This document shows, piece by piece, positions 42,948 through 53,611 of a DNA stretch of 64,000 nucleotides. A program made the position numbers and the translations under genes. The notes below the pieces were generated by a model, which saw only the letters and a list, made by a program, of their open reading frames with translations, did no database searches and was not told where the DNA came from. This DNA is from SAR324 cluster bacterium (GTDB lineage Bacteria; SAR324; NAC60-12): contig JAKUUI010000003.1 in NCBI GenBank assembly GCA_022448485.1, positions 3,156 through 67,155 of the forward strand. The letters are read 5' to 3'. Within the stretch, counting starts at the first letter, position 1. Every line of letters begins with the position of its first letter.

Positions 42948-45155
42948 ATGGCCGAAGACCTAGTTACATTAGTCGGCACTCTGGAAAAAATATTGTATAC
43001 CAATCCGGAAAATGGCTTTTTGATCGCCTCATTCCTAATCGAAAATTCAATACGACCCGTCACTGTTAAAGGCATTGTCTACAACACAATGGAGCATGAA
43101 TCTTTACGTCTAAAAGGATACTGGGAGAATCACAAAATATATGGTCGGCAATTTTCGATTCGTGAATTTATGCCTGTTGAACCAAGCTCTGAAGAAGGAA
43201 TGGTTCGTTATCTTTCTTCTGAGGTATTTAAGGGTATTGGTGAAAAAACTGCGCAGCGTATAGTTAAACAGTTTGGAAAAGATACTTTCAAAATTATAGA
43301 CGGCTCTCCTAAATTATTGTCGAAAATAAAAGGAGTCGGCAAAAAGCAGCAAAAGACTTTGCTGGATACATGGGATGAGCAGAGAGGTCTCAGGGATGTG
43401 ATGACTTTTTTGCGTGGTGTTGGGATATCACACGCCTATGCTCAACGCATTGTTGCTAAACACGGTATGAACAGCATTCCGCTGATAAAAGCTAACCCCT
43501 ATCAGCTGACCGATATTTCAGGGATTGGTTTTCTCACTGCCGATGGCATTGCGCACAATCTGGGCTTCGATAATAACTCGCCGCATCGTGCGACTGCAGG
43601 TTTACTATACATGCTGGAACAACAGGCGCTCAACGGTCATACCTGTTTCCCGCGGCAGGATTTGTTGAAAAAAACTGAGGAAGAGCTTAAGATCGATTCA
43701 GCAATAATGGAATCGTCAATCCAGCAGTTGCTGGAAGATCATTTGTTGAATCGTGAAACAATTGATGATGCTGCTGCTGTTGCGCAAGAATTGATTTTCC
43801 GATCGCGTTTTTACAAGGCAGAACGGCGGGTTGCAGAGAATATTTATCGTATTCTCAACAGCGAAGCATTTACGAAATTTGAGGGTGAAACGTCACTAAT
43901 TGAAGAACAGGAACGAAAAGTTGGACTGGAGTTAGATCCAGCCCAAAGAGAAGCTGTAGAGGCGGCCCTTCAACATAAAGTATTGATCATTACCGGTGGT
44001 CCTGGAACAGGAAAAACAACCATAGTGCGCTTTATGCTTGGTCTGATGCGGCCCCGAATTCCTGCTATCGCCCTAGCAGCACCTACCGGACGTGCAGCCA
44101 AACGCATTACTGAAACTACTGGTGCAGCCGCTTCCACAATTCATCGTCTGCTGGAGGCAAGCAACATGGGTTTTCAGCGTGATCGCGAAAATCCGCTGGA
44201 GCAGGAATTGCTGATCCTTGATGAAACGTCGATGATTGATACACTTCTGATGGACAGCTTACTTGAGGCAGTGCCTTCTGCATCACGCTTGATCCTGGTC
44301 GGAGATGTGGACCAGTTGCCATCGGTTGGCGCAGGGGCCATTTTGCTCGATTTGATTGAGTCCGGATCAATTCCTGTTGTACGCCTGAATCAAATATTTC
44401 GACAGGCAGCCGACAGTTACATCACTGTCAATGCACATAAAGTACGTCGAGGTGAACTGCCGGATTTTGGAAGTTCAAGCCCACAAACTGATGTTGATAA
44501 TCAGCTGCTGGATTTTTATTTTATAAAAGAGTCAGATCCAGAAAAAATTGTTAAAAAAATATTGTTGATGAACTCTGAACGCATTCCACAACGTTTTGAG
44601 CTGGATCCGATGATGGATGTTCAGGTGCTGACACCGATGCACCGCGGAATAACCGGTGCAATACACCTTAACCGGAAACTCCAGGATATGTTGAATCCTG
44701 ATGCTAAAGGGCTGGAACACCGTGAACAGTGGTTACGCATTGGTGACAAGGTTATGCAGCAGCAAAATGACTATGAAAAACAGGTTTTTAACGGTGATCT
44801 TGGAATAATTGTAAATTGTGATCCGAAAACCAAGGAGTTGCACGTTCAATTTGAGCAGGATATTGTCCATTATCAGGCAAATGAGTTAGACCAATTAACT
44901 CTGGCTTACGCGATTACAGTTCACAAATCTCAAGGAAGTGAGTACTCAGCAGTGATTATGCCGATCACTTCTCATCATTATATGATGCTACAACGTAATT
45001 TGCTTTATACGGCAATTACCCGTGGGAAACAGTTGGTTGTTTTGATTGGAACTGAGGCTGCTATTCGGAAGGCAGTTAAAAATGAAGAGACAACGCGGCG
45101 TTTTACCGGCTTGCTGCATCAATTGTCAGAGTTGGGAGTAACTCCATTATTTTGA
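42948..45155 (+). CDS. recD2: RecD2-like SF1B ATP-dependent DNA helicase
   Basis: 735 aa. An N-terminal OB/HhH region is followed by Walker A ITGGPGTGKTT, Walker B LILDETSM, VGDVDQLPSVG and a C-terminal TVHKSQGSE. Confidence 0.88.
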   Translation: MAEDLVTLVGTLEKILYTNPENGFLIASFLIENSIRPVTVKGIVYNTMEHESLRLKGYWENHKIYGRQFSIREFMPVEPSSEEGMVRYLSSEVFKGIGEKTAQRIVKQFGKDTFKIIDGSPKLLSKIKGVGKKQQKTLLDTWDEQRGLRDVMTFLRGVGISHAYAQRIVAKHGMNSIPLIKANPYQLTDISGIGFLTADGIAHNLGFDNNSPHRATAGLLYMLEQQALNGHTCFPRQDLLKKTEEELKIDSAIMESSIQQLLEDHLLNRETIDDAAAVAQELIFRSRFYKAERRVAENIYRILNSEAFTKFEGETSLIEEQERKVGLELDPAQREAVEAALQHKVLIITGGPGTGKTTIVRFMLGLMRPRIPAIALAAPTGRAAKRITETTGAAASTIHRLLEASNMGFQRDRENPLEQELLILDETSMIDTLLMDSLLEAVPSASRLILVGDVDQLPSVGAGAILLDLIESGSIPVVRLNQIFRQAADSYITVNAHKVRRGELPDFGSSSPQTDVDNQLLDFYFIKESDPEKIVKKILLMNSERIPQRFELDPMMDVQVLTPMHRGITGAIHLNRKLQDMLNPDAKGLEHREQWLRIGDKVMQQQNDYEKQVFNGDLGIIVNCDPKTKELHVQFEQDIVHYQANELDQLTLAYAITVHKSQGSEYSAVIMPITSHHYMMLQRNLLYTAITRGKQLVVLIGTEAAIRKAVKNEETTRRFTGLLHQLSELGVTPLF

Positions 45156-45172
45156 GTTCTAATCAAAAATCT

Positions 45173-46339
45173 ATGGAAAATATACATGCGAAAAATATGA
45201 ATCTGTCTCGCCCGGCTGGAATACTTGTCTTGTTGCTTTCAATTACAACTCTCTGTTCCGCAGAAACCGGAATATTTCAAAGAAACATTGTTCTGGCAAC
45301 ACATCAGCCCTTGAGCGGTCCGGCACAGGAATATTCTGAGATTGGGAAAAGTTCACAGGCATATTTTCAATATGTCAATGATCAGGGTGGAGTACACGGC
45401 CGTTCCATTGAGTTGAAAATAATTGATGATCAGTTCAAACCACACAGAGCTAAAAAGGTGTTTACGGAACTAACTGTAAGAAATGATATATTTGCTGTTT
45501 TTAGCGGTATCGGCAGCAAAACCCATCAAGCGGTTTATCCTCTGCTGAAACAGCAAAGAATGTCAAGTTTTTTTGTTGGCTCAGATTTGCCGGAATGGAC
45601 ACAGCCCGTTCGTACAAATGTATTTGGCTTTATGCCTACAGCAGATACTGAGGCACGAGTTTTGGGAAAGTATCTCACTCAAAAACACTCTGGAGAAAAA
45701 TTAATCATTTGGTATGCAGAAAAGCCTGTATATCTTAGGGCTGTGAAATCTTTGACCAGTGAATTGTATGGTGTATCAGCCAAGTTGCTGCCGGGGAAAA
45801 CCGGACGGCTTTCCGCAGAATGGGAACTGATTCGTGAGCGGTATCCGGATTTACTGGTAGCTTTGGGAAGTTTCGGTGATCTGTTGGATTTCTTGAAAGC
45901 CTCTCCTCAGTTAAATATTCCTGTGTATACAGGACACGCACTTGCAGACAGCCGTCTTCCGGAGTGGTTGAACGGAAAAGATTCTGAGCGAGTACGCGTT
46001 TTGACTGCTTATCCATTGATAATAGAAACCGAACATCCTGGCCAAAAATTACATCAGCTTATACTCAATGAATATGCACCGCATCTGGCTCCTAACCGCT
46101 GGACTCTCTATGGCCATGCAGTAGCAGAATTGATGGTTGAAGTGTTAAAACGCTCTGGACGTGCATTGAGTAGGCAAAAAGCGGTTTTGGCAGCCGAAAA
46201 TATAAAACAATGGGAGGGTAAGCTGTTACCACCGGTAAATCTCGGTTCGCGTAATCATCTGGCTCTGACCACTTTTCGTGTTTCACGAATTGCACACGGG
46301 AGGGTCAACCACATGTCAGAATGGATTGACGGCCGATGA
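45173..46339 (+). CDS. ABC transporter periplasmic substrate-binding protein (type-1 PBP, Liv-like)
   Basis: The track start is TTG 45152, inside the recD2 stop region. I prefer ATG 45173, or ATG 45197 (MNLSRPAGILVLLLSITTLCSA, signal-peptide-like). The pattern GGVHGRSIELKIIDDQFKP is typical of the family. Confidence 0.75.
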   Translation: MENIHAKNMNLSRPAGILVLLLSITTLCSAETGIFQRNIVLATHQPLSGPAQEYSEIGKSSQAYFQYVNDQGGVHGRSIELKIIDDQFKPHRAKKVFTELTVRNDIFAVFSGIGSKTHQAVYPLLKQQRMSSFFVGSDLPEWTQPVRTNVFGFMPTADTEARVLGKYLTQKHSGEKLIIWYAEKPVYLRAVKSLTSELYGVSAKLLPGKTGRLSAEWELIRERYPDLLVALGSFGDLLDFLKASPQLNIPVYTGHALADSRLPEWLNGKDSERVRVLTAYPLIIETEHPGQKLHQLILNEYAPHLAPNRWTLYGHAVAELMVEVLKRSGRALSRQKAVLAAENIKQWEGKLLPPVNLGSRNHLALTTFRVSRIAHGRVNHMSEWIDGR

Positions 46340-46424
46340 GACAAGAATCAAGGTTCTCAGACATGACAGGTCTGCATTACATGTCTGTCAAGAGAGGGAT
46401 TACAAGCCGGCTCGAGGGGCAAGG

Positions 46425-47060
46425 ATGGGAAATATAGCTCATTTGATTAATTTTCCATTCTCAAATGTAAATGAATTCTTGGTGAAAACTGCTCTCTCAG
46501 AAAACGGGATTCTGGCTTTTCCAACTGAAACTTTTTATGGTTTGGGTGGAAATGCACTCTCAAAGAAAGTCATAGAACGTGTTTACAATATTAAGGAACG
46601 TCCCCGGAATAAGCCGCTGCTTGTGTTGATATCTCCGGAATGGCTGCCACGTCTTTGCCAGTGGAATAATTCGAGGATTAATGATTTAATGGAAGCCTTT
46701 TGGCCGGGCCCGCTGACGCTGATTTTAGCGGGGAATAAGGAACTTCCGCAACATCTGCAATGCGCAGATGGTACTTTGGCTGTGCGTTACACTAGTTCTC
46801 AGGCCACACAGTGTCTGATTAAACTGGGAAATTGTCCAATAATTGGTACCAGCGCTAACCGGACAGGTATGCCCGCTTGTTCATCTGCTAAAAAAGTTGC
46901 AGATCAACTAAACGATCAGCTTGATCTGGTAATTGATGGAGGTGAAACTATCGGGCTTCAGGCTTCGACTATAGTCAGTTGTCTGTCCGAACCATTTAAA
47001 TTATTGCGCCATGGTGCAATTCCTCTGACAGAACTAAAACAGGTCTGTAAAGTACGGTGA
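46425..47060 (+). CDS. tsaC: L-threonylcarbamoyladenylate synthase (TsaC/YrdC family)
   Basis: The track ORF begins at 46278, overlapping the previous gene. ATG 46425 has GAGGGGCAAGG upstream. Family motifs are FPTETFYGLGGNA, RPRNKPLLVLI, WPGPLTLIL and IIGTSANRTG. Confidence 0.85.
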   Translation: MGNIAHLINFPFSNVNEFLVKTALSENGILAFPTETFYGLGGNALSKKVIERVYNIKERPRNKPLLVLISPEWLPRLCQWNNSRINDLMEAFWPGPLTLILAGNKELPQHLQCADGTLAVRYTSSQATQCLIKLGNCPIIGTSANRTGMPACSSAKKVADQLNDQLDLVIDGGETIGLQASTIVSCLSEPFKLLRHGAIPLTELKQVCKVR

Positions 47061-47430
47061 TGCTCCTTCCCTCTTTTTTCTATGTCCAAAGATTTAACAA
47101 ATCCTGTATCTTTTTGATCGGGCATCTGAATCCCTGATCAAGTCTGGGATGAAAAAAGAAATATTTTTCAGTAAGCACTGAATAGTGGTTATAAATTAAT
47201 GTAATCTGGTGGGGGATAAATTTTCTGTTTTACCAACTGATACGAGCGTTTGACTTTTACAGTCCTGAGAGCTTGAATAGATTTTGTTGGCCACGGGGTT
47301 TTACATCTTGAAAATTGATTTATTTCTCTACTTCAGCAAACATATTTTAGCGAAAATTGATGCTGGCAAATTTGACTCATAATACTAAGATAAGATGTGA
47401 TCTTTATACTTTAATTAGCAGACACAGCGT

Positions 47431-50400
47431 TCACATATTTCGACGATACTTCCCGCCCAGCCGATAAAGTTTTTGAGTTATTTGACCCAACGAGCAAACT
47501 TGTACTGCTTCCATCAGAACCTCAAAAAGATTGCCGTTTTTTAAAGCTGTCTCGCTGAGGCGTTCCATAATGCTGTCCTGCTCAGATGCGTTGAATTGGT
47601 GAAATTGCTCTAGATCACGAATTTGCATAGATTTTTCTTCATTGGTGGAACGTGCTAATTCGATTTCAGCACCTGCATCAGGTGGATTGGGGTTGAGAAA
47701 AGTATTTACACCCATGATCGGCAATTCTCCGGAATGTTTAAGTCTTTCGTAATAAAGCGACTCCTCCTGGATTTTGTTGCGCTGGTACATGGTTTCCATG
47801 GCCCCCAAAACTCCGCCACGGTCAGAAATTCGTACAAATTCAGACAAAATCGCTTCCTCTACCAAATCAGTTAATTCCTCAATCAGAAAACTGCCCTGCA
47901 GCGGGTTATGGTTGTAGGCTTGTCCTAACTCGTGATTGATAATCAGTTGAATTGCCAAAGCGCGGCGTACTGATTCACCCGTAGGTGTAGTTATAGCTTC
48001 GTCGTAAGCGTTGGTGTGGAGAGAATTGCAATTGTCGTAAATGGCATACAATGCTTGCAATGTCGTCCGGATGTCGTTGAAATCCATCTCCATGGCGTGC
48101 AGGGAACGCCCGGAAGTCTGGATGTGATATTTTAGTTTTTGTGAACGTTCATTGGCTCCATATAGATCACGAAGGGTCACCGCGAAAATACGTCGTGCTA
48201 CCCGTCCAATCACCGCATATTCCGGATCCATTCCGTTGCTGAAAAAGAAGCTCAGGTTGCGCGCAAAATCATCAATCTGTAAACCCCGGGCTAAGTAATA
48301 TTCAATCAGTGTGAAGCCGTTGGCAAGAGTGAAGGCGACCTGGCTGATTGGATTGGCTCCGGCTTCGGCAATGTGGAATCCGGAAATGCTGACAGAATAA
48401 AAGTTACGAACATCGTTTGCAGTGAAGTATTCCTGCATGTCTCCCATCATCCGCAACGCAAAATTTGTGGTAAAAATACAAGTGTTTTGTGCTTGATCTT
48501 CCTTCAAAATATCTGCTTGCACCGTTCCACGCACGTTTTTCAAAACATCTGCCTTTATTGTGCCGTAAGTTTCCGCATCAACAAAATATTTGCCAGACAT
48601 TCCCAACAATCCCAGGCCCAAACCATCATGATTTTCAGGGAGTTCCATTCGATATTCCGGAGGTGCAAGTCCTTGTTTTTTATAACGTTTATGGAGTGTT
48701 TTTTGTGCGTCCTCAAAATTTCCCTTTTCGTGCAAATATTTTTCAATTTGCTGGTCGATGGCGGCATTCACGAAAAAAGCAAGCACTACCGGTGCAGGAC
48801 CGTTGATTGTCATTGAAACGGAGGTGTTGCTCAAAAGCAGATCAAATCCAGAGTAGAGCCTTTTTGCGTCATCCACAGTGCAGATAGAAACACCGGCATT
48901 ACCGATTTTCCCGTAAATATCCGGACGCGAATGTGGGTTTGAACCGTAGAGCGTCACCGAGTCAAAAGCAGTACTCAGGCGAGTAGCAAGTTGACCTTGG
49001 GCCAGCAAATGAAAACGCCGGTTTGTACGCTCAGCGATTCCTTCACCTGCAAACATGCGGGTCGGATCTTCACCTTCACGTTTAAACGGAAAAACGCCGG
49101 CAGTAAAGGGGAAATTACCTGGAAAATTTTCCAAGCCTAACCAGCGAATTATTTCACCCCAATCTTCAAATTTCGGTGTGGCGATTTTCGGAATTTTGAG
49201 TCCGGAAAGACTGGTTAGATAATTCTCCACATCCAGCGCTATGTCACGTACATGAAAACTGAATTTTTCGTCCAAATAACTTTGCCGCTTTTCCTTGAAT
49301 TCCTCCAATTGTTTAAGTAGCGATTCCGGAAGTGTCGCTAATTTCTCATTGTAAAGTTCTGCCACAGAACGTAAATTCTCTGGAACTTCTGCCAAGTGTA
49401 ACTTGGCAATCTCGGTGGTTATCCCTTCCATTTGTAAAATTGTTCCGTGAAGCTGTCCGCATTCAGAGGCAGTTTTAGTATTTTTAAGAACATTTTTTTT
49501 GTATGTGCGTACATTCGACGCAATTTGCCGCAGATATTCTTTGCGATCAGAAGGAATCAACTCTGTCATTTTGGAAACAGCAAACTCAGCTTTGTGTTTG
49601 CGTTTCCAGTTGAGTGATTTTTTATTGATGAGCATTCCAATTGTTTTGTGATAAAGCCAATTTGTACCGCTATCATTGAAACGGCTGGCTACCACGCCAA
49701 AAACGGGGATGCTTTCTGGTGTTGTTTCAAATTCTAGATGACTGCGCTGGTATTGTTTGCGCACGGCAAGTAAAGCATCTTCGGCTCCGGGTTTGTCGAA
49801 TTTGTTGATCACAATACAATCAGCAAAGTCAATCATATCAATCTTTTCCAACTGCGTTGCCGCCCCGAATTCAGGAGTCATCACATAAACGCTCAAATCA
49901 ACAAAGTCAGAAATTTCCGAATCACTCTGTCCGATGCCTGCAGTTTCCACAAATGTTATATCGTAAGCACAAGCGCGCAGTAAACGCACTGCACTGTCTA
50001 ATGCAGCTGAAGTCGCTAAATGTGAACGGCGCGTGGCCAACGAACGCATAAAAACTCTTGGATCATTGATCGAATTCATACGCATCCGGTCACCGAGCAA
50101 TGCGCCTCCAGTTTTGCGTTTGGATGGATCAACGGACAAAATCGCTACACGCTTTTCCGGAAATTCCGTAAGGAAACTTCGTACGAATTCATCCATCAAA
50201 CAAGACTTCCCCGCGCCGCCTGTTCCGGTGAATCCGATCACCGGAAGTTGCGAATTCTCCGCTGGAACGCCCTGATCGGAAAGTTTTGCCAAAACATTTT
50301 GAACTGCTTCCGGACGTTCCACAGGCAGCGGACCTTCCTTATTTTGCTCAATCCAAGTCAAACTTCGGGCAACATGCTGAACATTTTCCGGGACCAATTT

Positions 50401-50880
50401 GTCCGCTTGCGGTTCAAAATTTTCAGGCAATACTGAAAAATCAGCACGTTCAAGCATATCCGCAATCATGCCCTCCAAACCAAGTTCGCGTCCGTCTTCC
50501 GGAGAGTAGACTCGGTTTACACCGTATTCCATTAATTCCTGCATCTCAGATGGAATAATTACACCGCCTCCGCCAGCAAAGACCTGAATATGTCCGGAAC
50601 CTCTTTCATTTAACAAGTCCATCATGTAGCAGAAAAATTCCATGTGTCCGCCTTGGTAGGAACTGACTGCGATACCCTGTACGTCCTCTTGAATGGCGAT
50701 GTCCACGATTTCCTTCACGCCGCGATCATGACCAAGATGAATAACTTCTGCACCTTGTGCCTGCATGATACGGCGCATGATGTTGATGGCGGCATCATGC
50801 CCGTCAAACAAACTAGTGGCGGTTACGAACCGGACGTGATTCTGGAGAGTGGTGGATTTTTTTGGCTGAGTTGAGTTCAT
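47431..50880 (-). CDS. icmF: Fused isobutyryl-CoA mutase (IcmF: B12-binding domain + MeaB-like GTPase + mutase catalytic domain)
   Basis: 1149 aa. The N-terminal B12 domain carries [12 protein letters not shown] (DxHxxG), the middle has P-loop GTGGAGKS, and the C-terminal ~550 aa form a methylmalonyl-CoA-mutase-like barrel. Confidence 0.85.
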   Translation of the reverse strand: MNSTQPKKSTTLQNHVRFVTATSLFDGHDAAINIMRRIMQAQGAEVIHLGHDRGVKEIVDIAIQEDVQGIAVSSYQGGHMEFFCYMMDLLNERGSGHIQVFAGGGGVIIPSEMQELMEYGVNRVYSPEDGRELGLEGMIADMLERADFSVLPENFEPQADKLVPENVQHVARSLTWIEQNKEGPLPVERPEAVQNVLAKLSDQGVPAENSQLPVIGFTGTGGAGKSCLMDEFVRSFLTEFPEKRVAILSVDPSKRKTGGALLGDRMRMNSINDPRVFMRSLATRRSHLATSAALDSAVRLLRACAYDITFVETAGIGQSDSEISDFVDLSVYVMTPEFGAATQLEKIDMIDFADCIVINKFDKPGAEDALLAVRKQYQRSHLEFETTPESIPVFGVVASRFNDSGTNWLYHKTIGMLINKKSLNWKRKHKAEFAVSKMTELIPSDRKEYLRQIASNVRTYKKNVLKNTKTASECGQLHGTILQMEGITTEIAKLHLAEVPENLRSVAELYNEKLATLPESLLKQLEEFKEKRQSYLDEKFSFHVRDIALDVENYLTSLSGLKIPKIATPKFEDWGEIIRWLGLENFPGNFPFTAGVFPFKREGEDPTRMFAGEGIAERTNRRFHLLAQGQLATRLSTAFDSVTLYGSNPHSRPDIYGKIGNAGVSICTVDDAKRLYSGFDLLLSNTSVSMTINGPAPVVLAFFVNAAIDQQIEKYLHEKGNFEDAQKTLHKRYKKQGLAPPEYRMELPENHDGLGLGLLGMSGKYFVDAETYGTIKADVLKNVRGTVQADILKEDQAQNTCIFTTNFALRMMGDMQEYFTANDVRNFYSVSISGFHIAEAGANPISQVAFTLANGFTLIEYYLARGLQIDDFARNLSFFFSNGMDPEYAVIGRVARRIFAVTLRDLYGANERSQKLKYHIQTSGRSLHAMEMDFNDIRTTLQALYAIYDNCNSLHTNAYDEAITTPTGESVRRALAIQLIINHELGQAYNHNPLQGSFLIEELTDLVEEAILSEFVRISDRGGVLGAMETMYQRNKIQEESLYYERLKHSGELPIMGVNTFLNPNPPDAGAEIELARSTNEEKSMQIRDLEQFHQFNASEQDSIMERLSETALKNGNLFEVLMEAVQVCSLGQITQKLYRLGGKYRRNM

Positions 50881-50938
50881 GTCAGCTACTTTGTCTATAA
50901 AATTCTTTTAAAATGTTTTGCAGATAGTCGTTCATTAA

Positions 50939-52030
50939 TTAGGTTAAATTTTGTATTTCAGTCTTTGAAAGCCCAAGTACTTCAGCCCCGTCCAAAATCT
51001 GCTTCCACGTGGCATCATCAATCGGAATGCCTTTTGTTTGTCGTGTTTTTATGAATTGACGTTCCGGGTCTCCGGCAACCAGAACAGGTTCTTCCGGATT
51101 GGCGGGAGGAGAGGCTTTGCTGTGTGAGACAATCGCTTCAACTTCGTGCTGCATCCATGGTATATCTACCAATTTCGCAGGATCAATGATCAAAGTGAAC
51201 ATGTTGTTGATGATGCTGTTTTGGCGCGGATGTTCAGGCAGAATTGTTCCGCCTCCGCTGAGCAGACCGCCGAACAATTCACAAAACAAGGCCAGACTGT
51301 AGCCTTTGTAATCTCCGAAAGGAGTCAGTGCACCAAGGGGTGGATTGTCCGAACGATCCGGGAAAAGGTATCCTGCCATCACTCCTGGGTCTGTGCTGGG
51401 TTGTCCTTGATAGTTGATGACCAGACCTTCTTTAAGAGCTTCTCCTTTATTTAGAGCGACCCGAGTTTTTCCAAGTGCGATGCAGCTTGTTGCCATGTCG
51501 AGTAAGACCGGAGGCTGCTTTTGGCTTCCGGGCATGGCGAGGCAAATCGGATTGGTAGAAAAACGTGCATCCGAACCACGAAAAGGTGCTACCAGCGGCG
51601 GATGATCAGTGACATTTACAAAATGCAGCGAGACCATTCCGGCGGCAATACTCTGTTCACCATAAGTGCCGATGCGTCCCAGATGATGTGTATTCCGGAG
51701 CGTCATCAAAACCAATCCGGATTCATGGCATTTTTCAATAGCTTTTTCCATCGCCATTTTACCCACTGCTTGTCCGTAACCGCGCAGGCCGTCAAACATC
51801 AGAATTGAGCCGTCTGCTTTGACCAGTTCTGGTTTTTGGTTGGGATGCAGCAAATCCGCTTGCAGCATTCTCATGTAAAACGGCAGCATGCCCACTCCGT
51901 GGCTGTCGTGTCCTGCCAAGTTGGAGCGTACCAAGTGATCAGCAACAATCTGCGCTTCTTCAGAATCGCTGCCACCTTTTTTGAGGATGGCAGCAACAAA
52001 AATTTTCAGTTTAATTTCCTTGATCAGCAT
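50939..52030 (-). CDS. Ldh_2-family (malate/L-lactate/ureidoglycolate dehydrogenase-type) oxidoreductase
   Basis: 363 aa with AGHDSHGVGMLPFY, NTHHLGRIG and STNPICLAMP, typical of family-2 Ldh/Mdh enzymes. Confidence 0.8.
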   Translation of the reverse strand: MLIKEIKLKIFVAAILKKGGSDSEEAQIVADHLVRSNLAGHDSHGVGMLPFYMRMLQADLLHPNQKPELVKADGSILMFDGLRGYGQAVGKMAMEKAIEKCHESGLVLMTLRNTHHLGRIGTYGEQSIAAGMVSLHFVNVTDHPPLVAPFRGSDARFSTNPICLAMPGSQKQPPVLLDMATSCIALGKTRVALNKGEALKEGLVINYQGQPSTDPGVMAGYLFPDRSDNPPLGALTPFGDYKGYSLALFCELFGGLLSGGGTILPEHPRQNSIINNMFTLIIDPAKLVDIPWMQHEVEAIVSHSKASPPANPEEPVLVAGDPERQFIKTRQTKGIPIDDATWKQILDGAEVLGLSKTEIQNLT

Positions 52031-52230
52031 CTTTCACCCATGATAAATGACGCATTAGTCAAGTTGAACAATCAATTTTGAGAACAGGCCCCAAATTTAT
52101 TTGGTGGATCCGGATTAGCACAGTTCGTAGAAACCGTTTTAAAGGTTTTTTGAAATGCTTGCATATAAAACCTGAAATCGATAAAGTGTTGTGGATTAGT
52201 TGATTTTTTTCATCTACATATTTCATCGAA

Positions 52231-53421
52231 TCAACAAAACGCCTGTATACCTGTCTGCGCACGTCCTAGAATCAACGCATGTACATCGTGGGTACCTTCA
52301 TAAGTATTAACGGTTTCTAGATTCATCATATGACGAATGACGTGGAATTCATCGGAGATACCGTTAGCGCCGTGCATATCACGAGCGAGGCGGGAAATGT
52401 CCAGGGCTTTTCCGCAATTGTTGCGCTTCATCAAAGATATCAGTTCCGGTGCACACTTGCCGTCATCCATCAAACGCCCCATTTGCAAAACTCCCTGCAG
52501 ACCAAGAGTTATTTCAGTTTGCATGTCTGCAAGTTTTTTTTGTATTAACTGATTTGCGGCTAATGGTCGTCCAAACTGGATCCGGTCCAGCGTGTATTGA
52601 CGAGCCTGCATCCAGCAATATTCTGCAGCGCCTAATGTTCCCCAGGCAATCCCGAAACGAGCGCGATTTAGACAGCCGAAAGGTCCCTTCAGTCCGGATA
52701 CGTTGGGCAATTCATTTTCTGCTGGAACAAAGACATTGTCCATTACAATTTCACCGGTAATGGATGTTCTCAGTGATATTTTACCCACAATCTTAGGTGC
52801 ACTAAGCCCTTCCATGCCTTTTTCCAGGATGAAACCACGAATTACACCTTCGTCGTTTTTTGCCCAAACCACGAAGACATCAGCAATCGGTGAGTTTGTG
52901 ATCCACATTTTGTTGCCTGTCAGTCGAAATCCTCCATCTGCTTTTCTTGCGTGTGCCTCCATGCTTCCAGGGTCTGAGCCGTGATTTGGCTCAGTCAATC
53001 CAAAACAACCCACCAACTCAGCACTTGCCAGTTTTGGTAAATATTTTTTGCGTTGTTCCTCGCTGCCGTAGGCATAAATTGGATACATCACCAAACTTGA
53101 CTGTACGCTCATTGCAGAGCGGTATCCGGAATCAACCCTTTCTACTTCACGGGCGATCAAGCCATAAGAAACATAGTTTGCTCCAACTCCGCCGTATTCT
53201 TCAGGAATGGTTGAACCTAAAAATCCGAATTCACCAAATTCATTCATGATTTCACGGTCAAAAACCTCGTTACGGTTGGCGTCCAAAACCCTCGGCATTA
53301 ATTTGTCCTGACTGAAATCACGGGCTGTGTCACGTATCAGGCGTTCCTCTTGAGTAAGTTGGTTATTAAGCAGCATTGGATCAGACCAATCGAAGGCTGC
53401 TCCGTGGTTGGTTTGTTTCAT
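52231..53421 (-). CDS. gcdH: Acyl-CoA dehydrogenase, glutaryl-CoA dehydrogenase-like
   Basis: 396 aa. The N-terminus [27 protein letters not shown] and the overall pattern are typical of Gcd[12 protein letters not shown] and YEGTHDVH are present. Confidence 0.8.
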   Translation of the reverse strand: MKQTNHGAAFDWSDPMLLNNQLTQEERLIRDTARDFSQDKLMPRVLDANRNEVFDREIMNEFGEFGFLGSTIPEEYGGVGANYVSYGLIAREVERVDSGYRSAMSVQSSLVMYPIYAYGSEEQRKKYLPKLASAELVGCFGLTEPNHGSDPGSMEAHARKADGGFRLTGNKMWITNSPIADVFVVWAKNDEGVIRGFILEKGMEGLSAPKIVGKISLRTSITGEIVMDNVFVPAENELPNVSGLKGPFGCLNRARFGIAWGTLGAAEYCWMQARQYTLDRIQFGRPLAANQLIQKKLADMQTEITLGLQGVLQMGRLMDDGKCAPELISLMKRNNCGKALDISRLARDMHGANGISDEFHVIRHMMNLETVNTYEGTHDVHALILGRAQTGIQAFC

Positions 53422-53611
53422 GATAAAACCTTGAAAATAATTAGAATTTAGACCGCTAACTATAGTGTAATATTGGTGTAAGTTGCAATTTCAATCTGAA
53501 TTATTAAGAAAATTGTGCTATCATCTTTGAAAGAATTTTAAGTAAATTTCAGCTTTCTGCTGTAGTAAGTTCACAGTTTAAATAGATTTTATCTGAACTC
53601 AAAAAACATCA

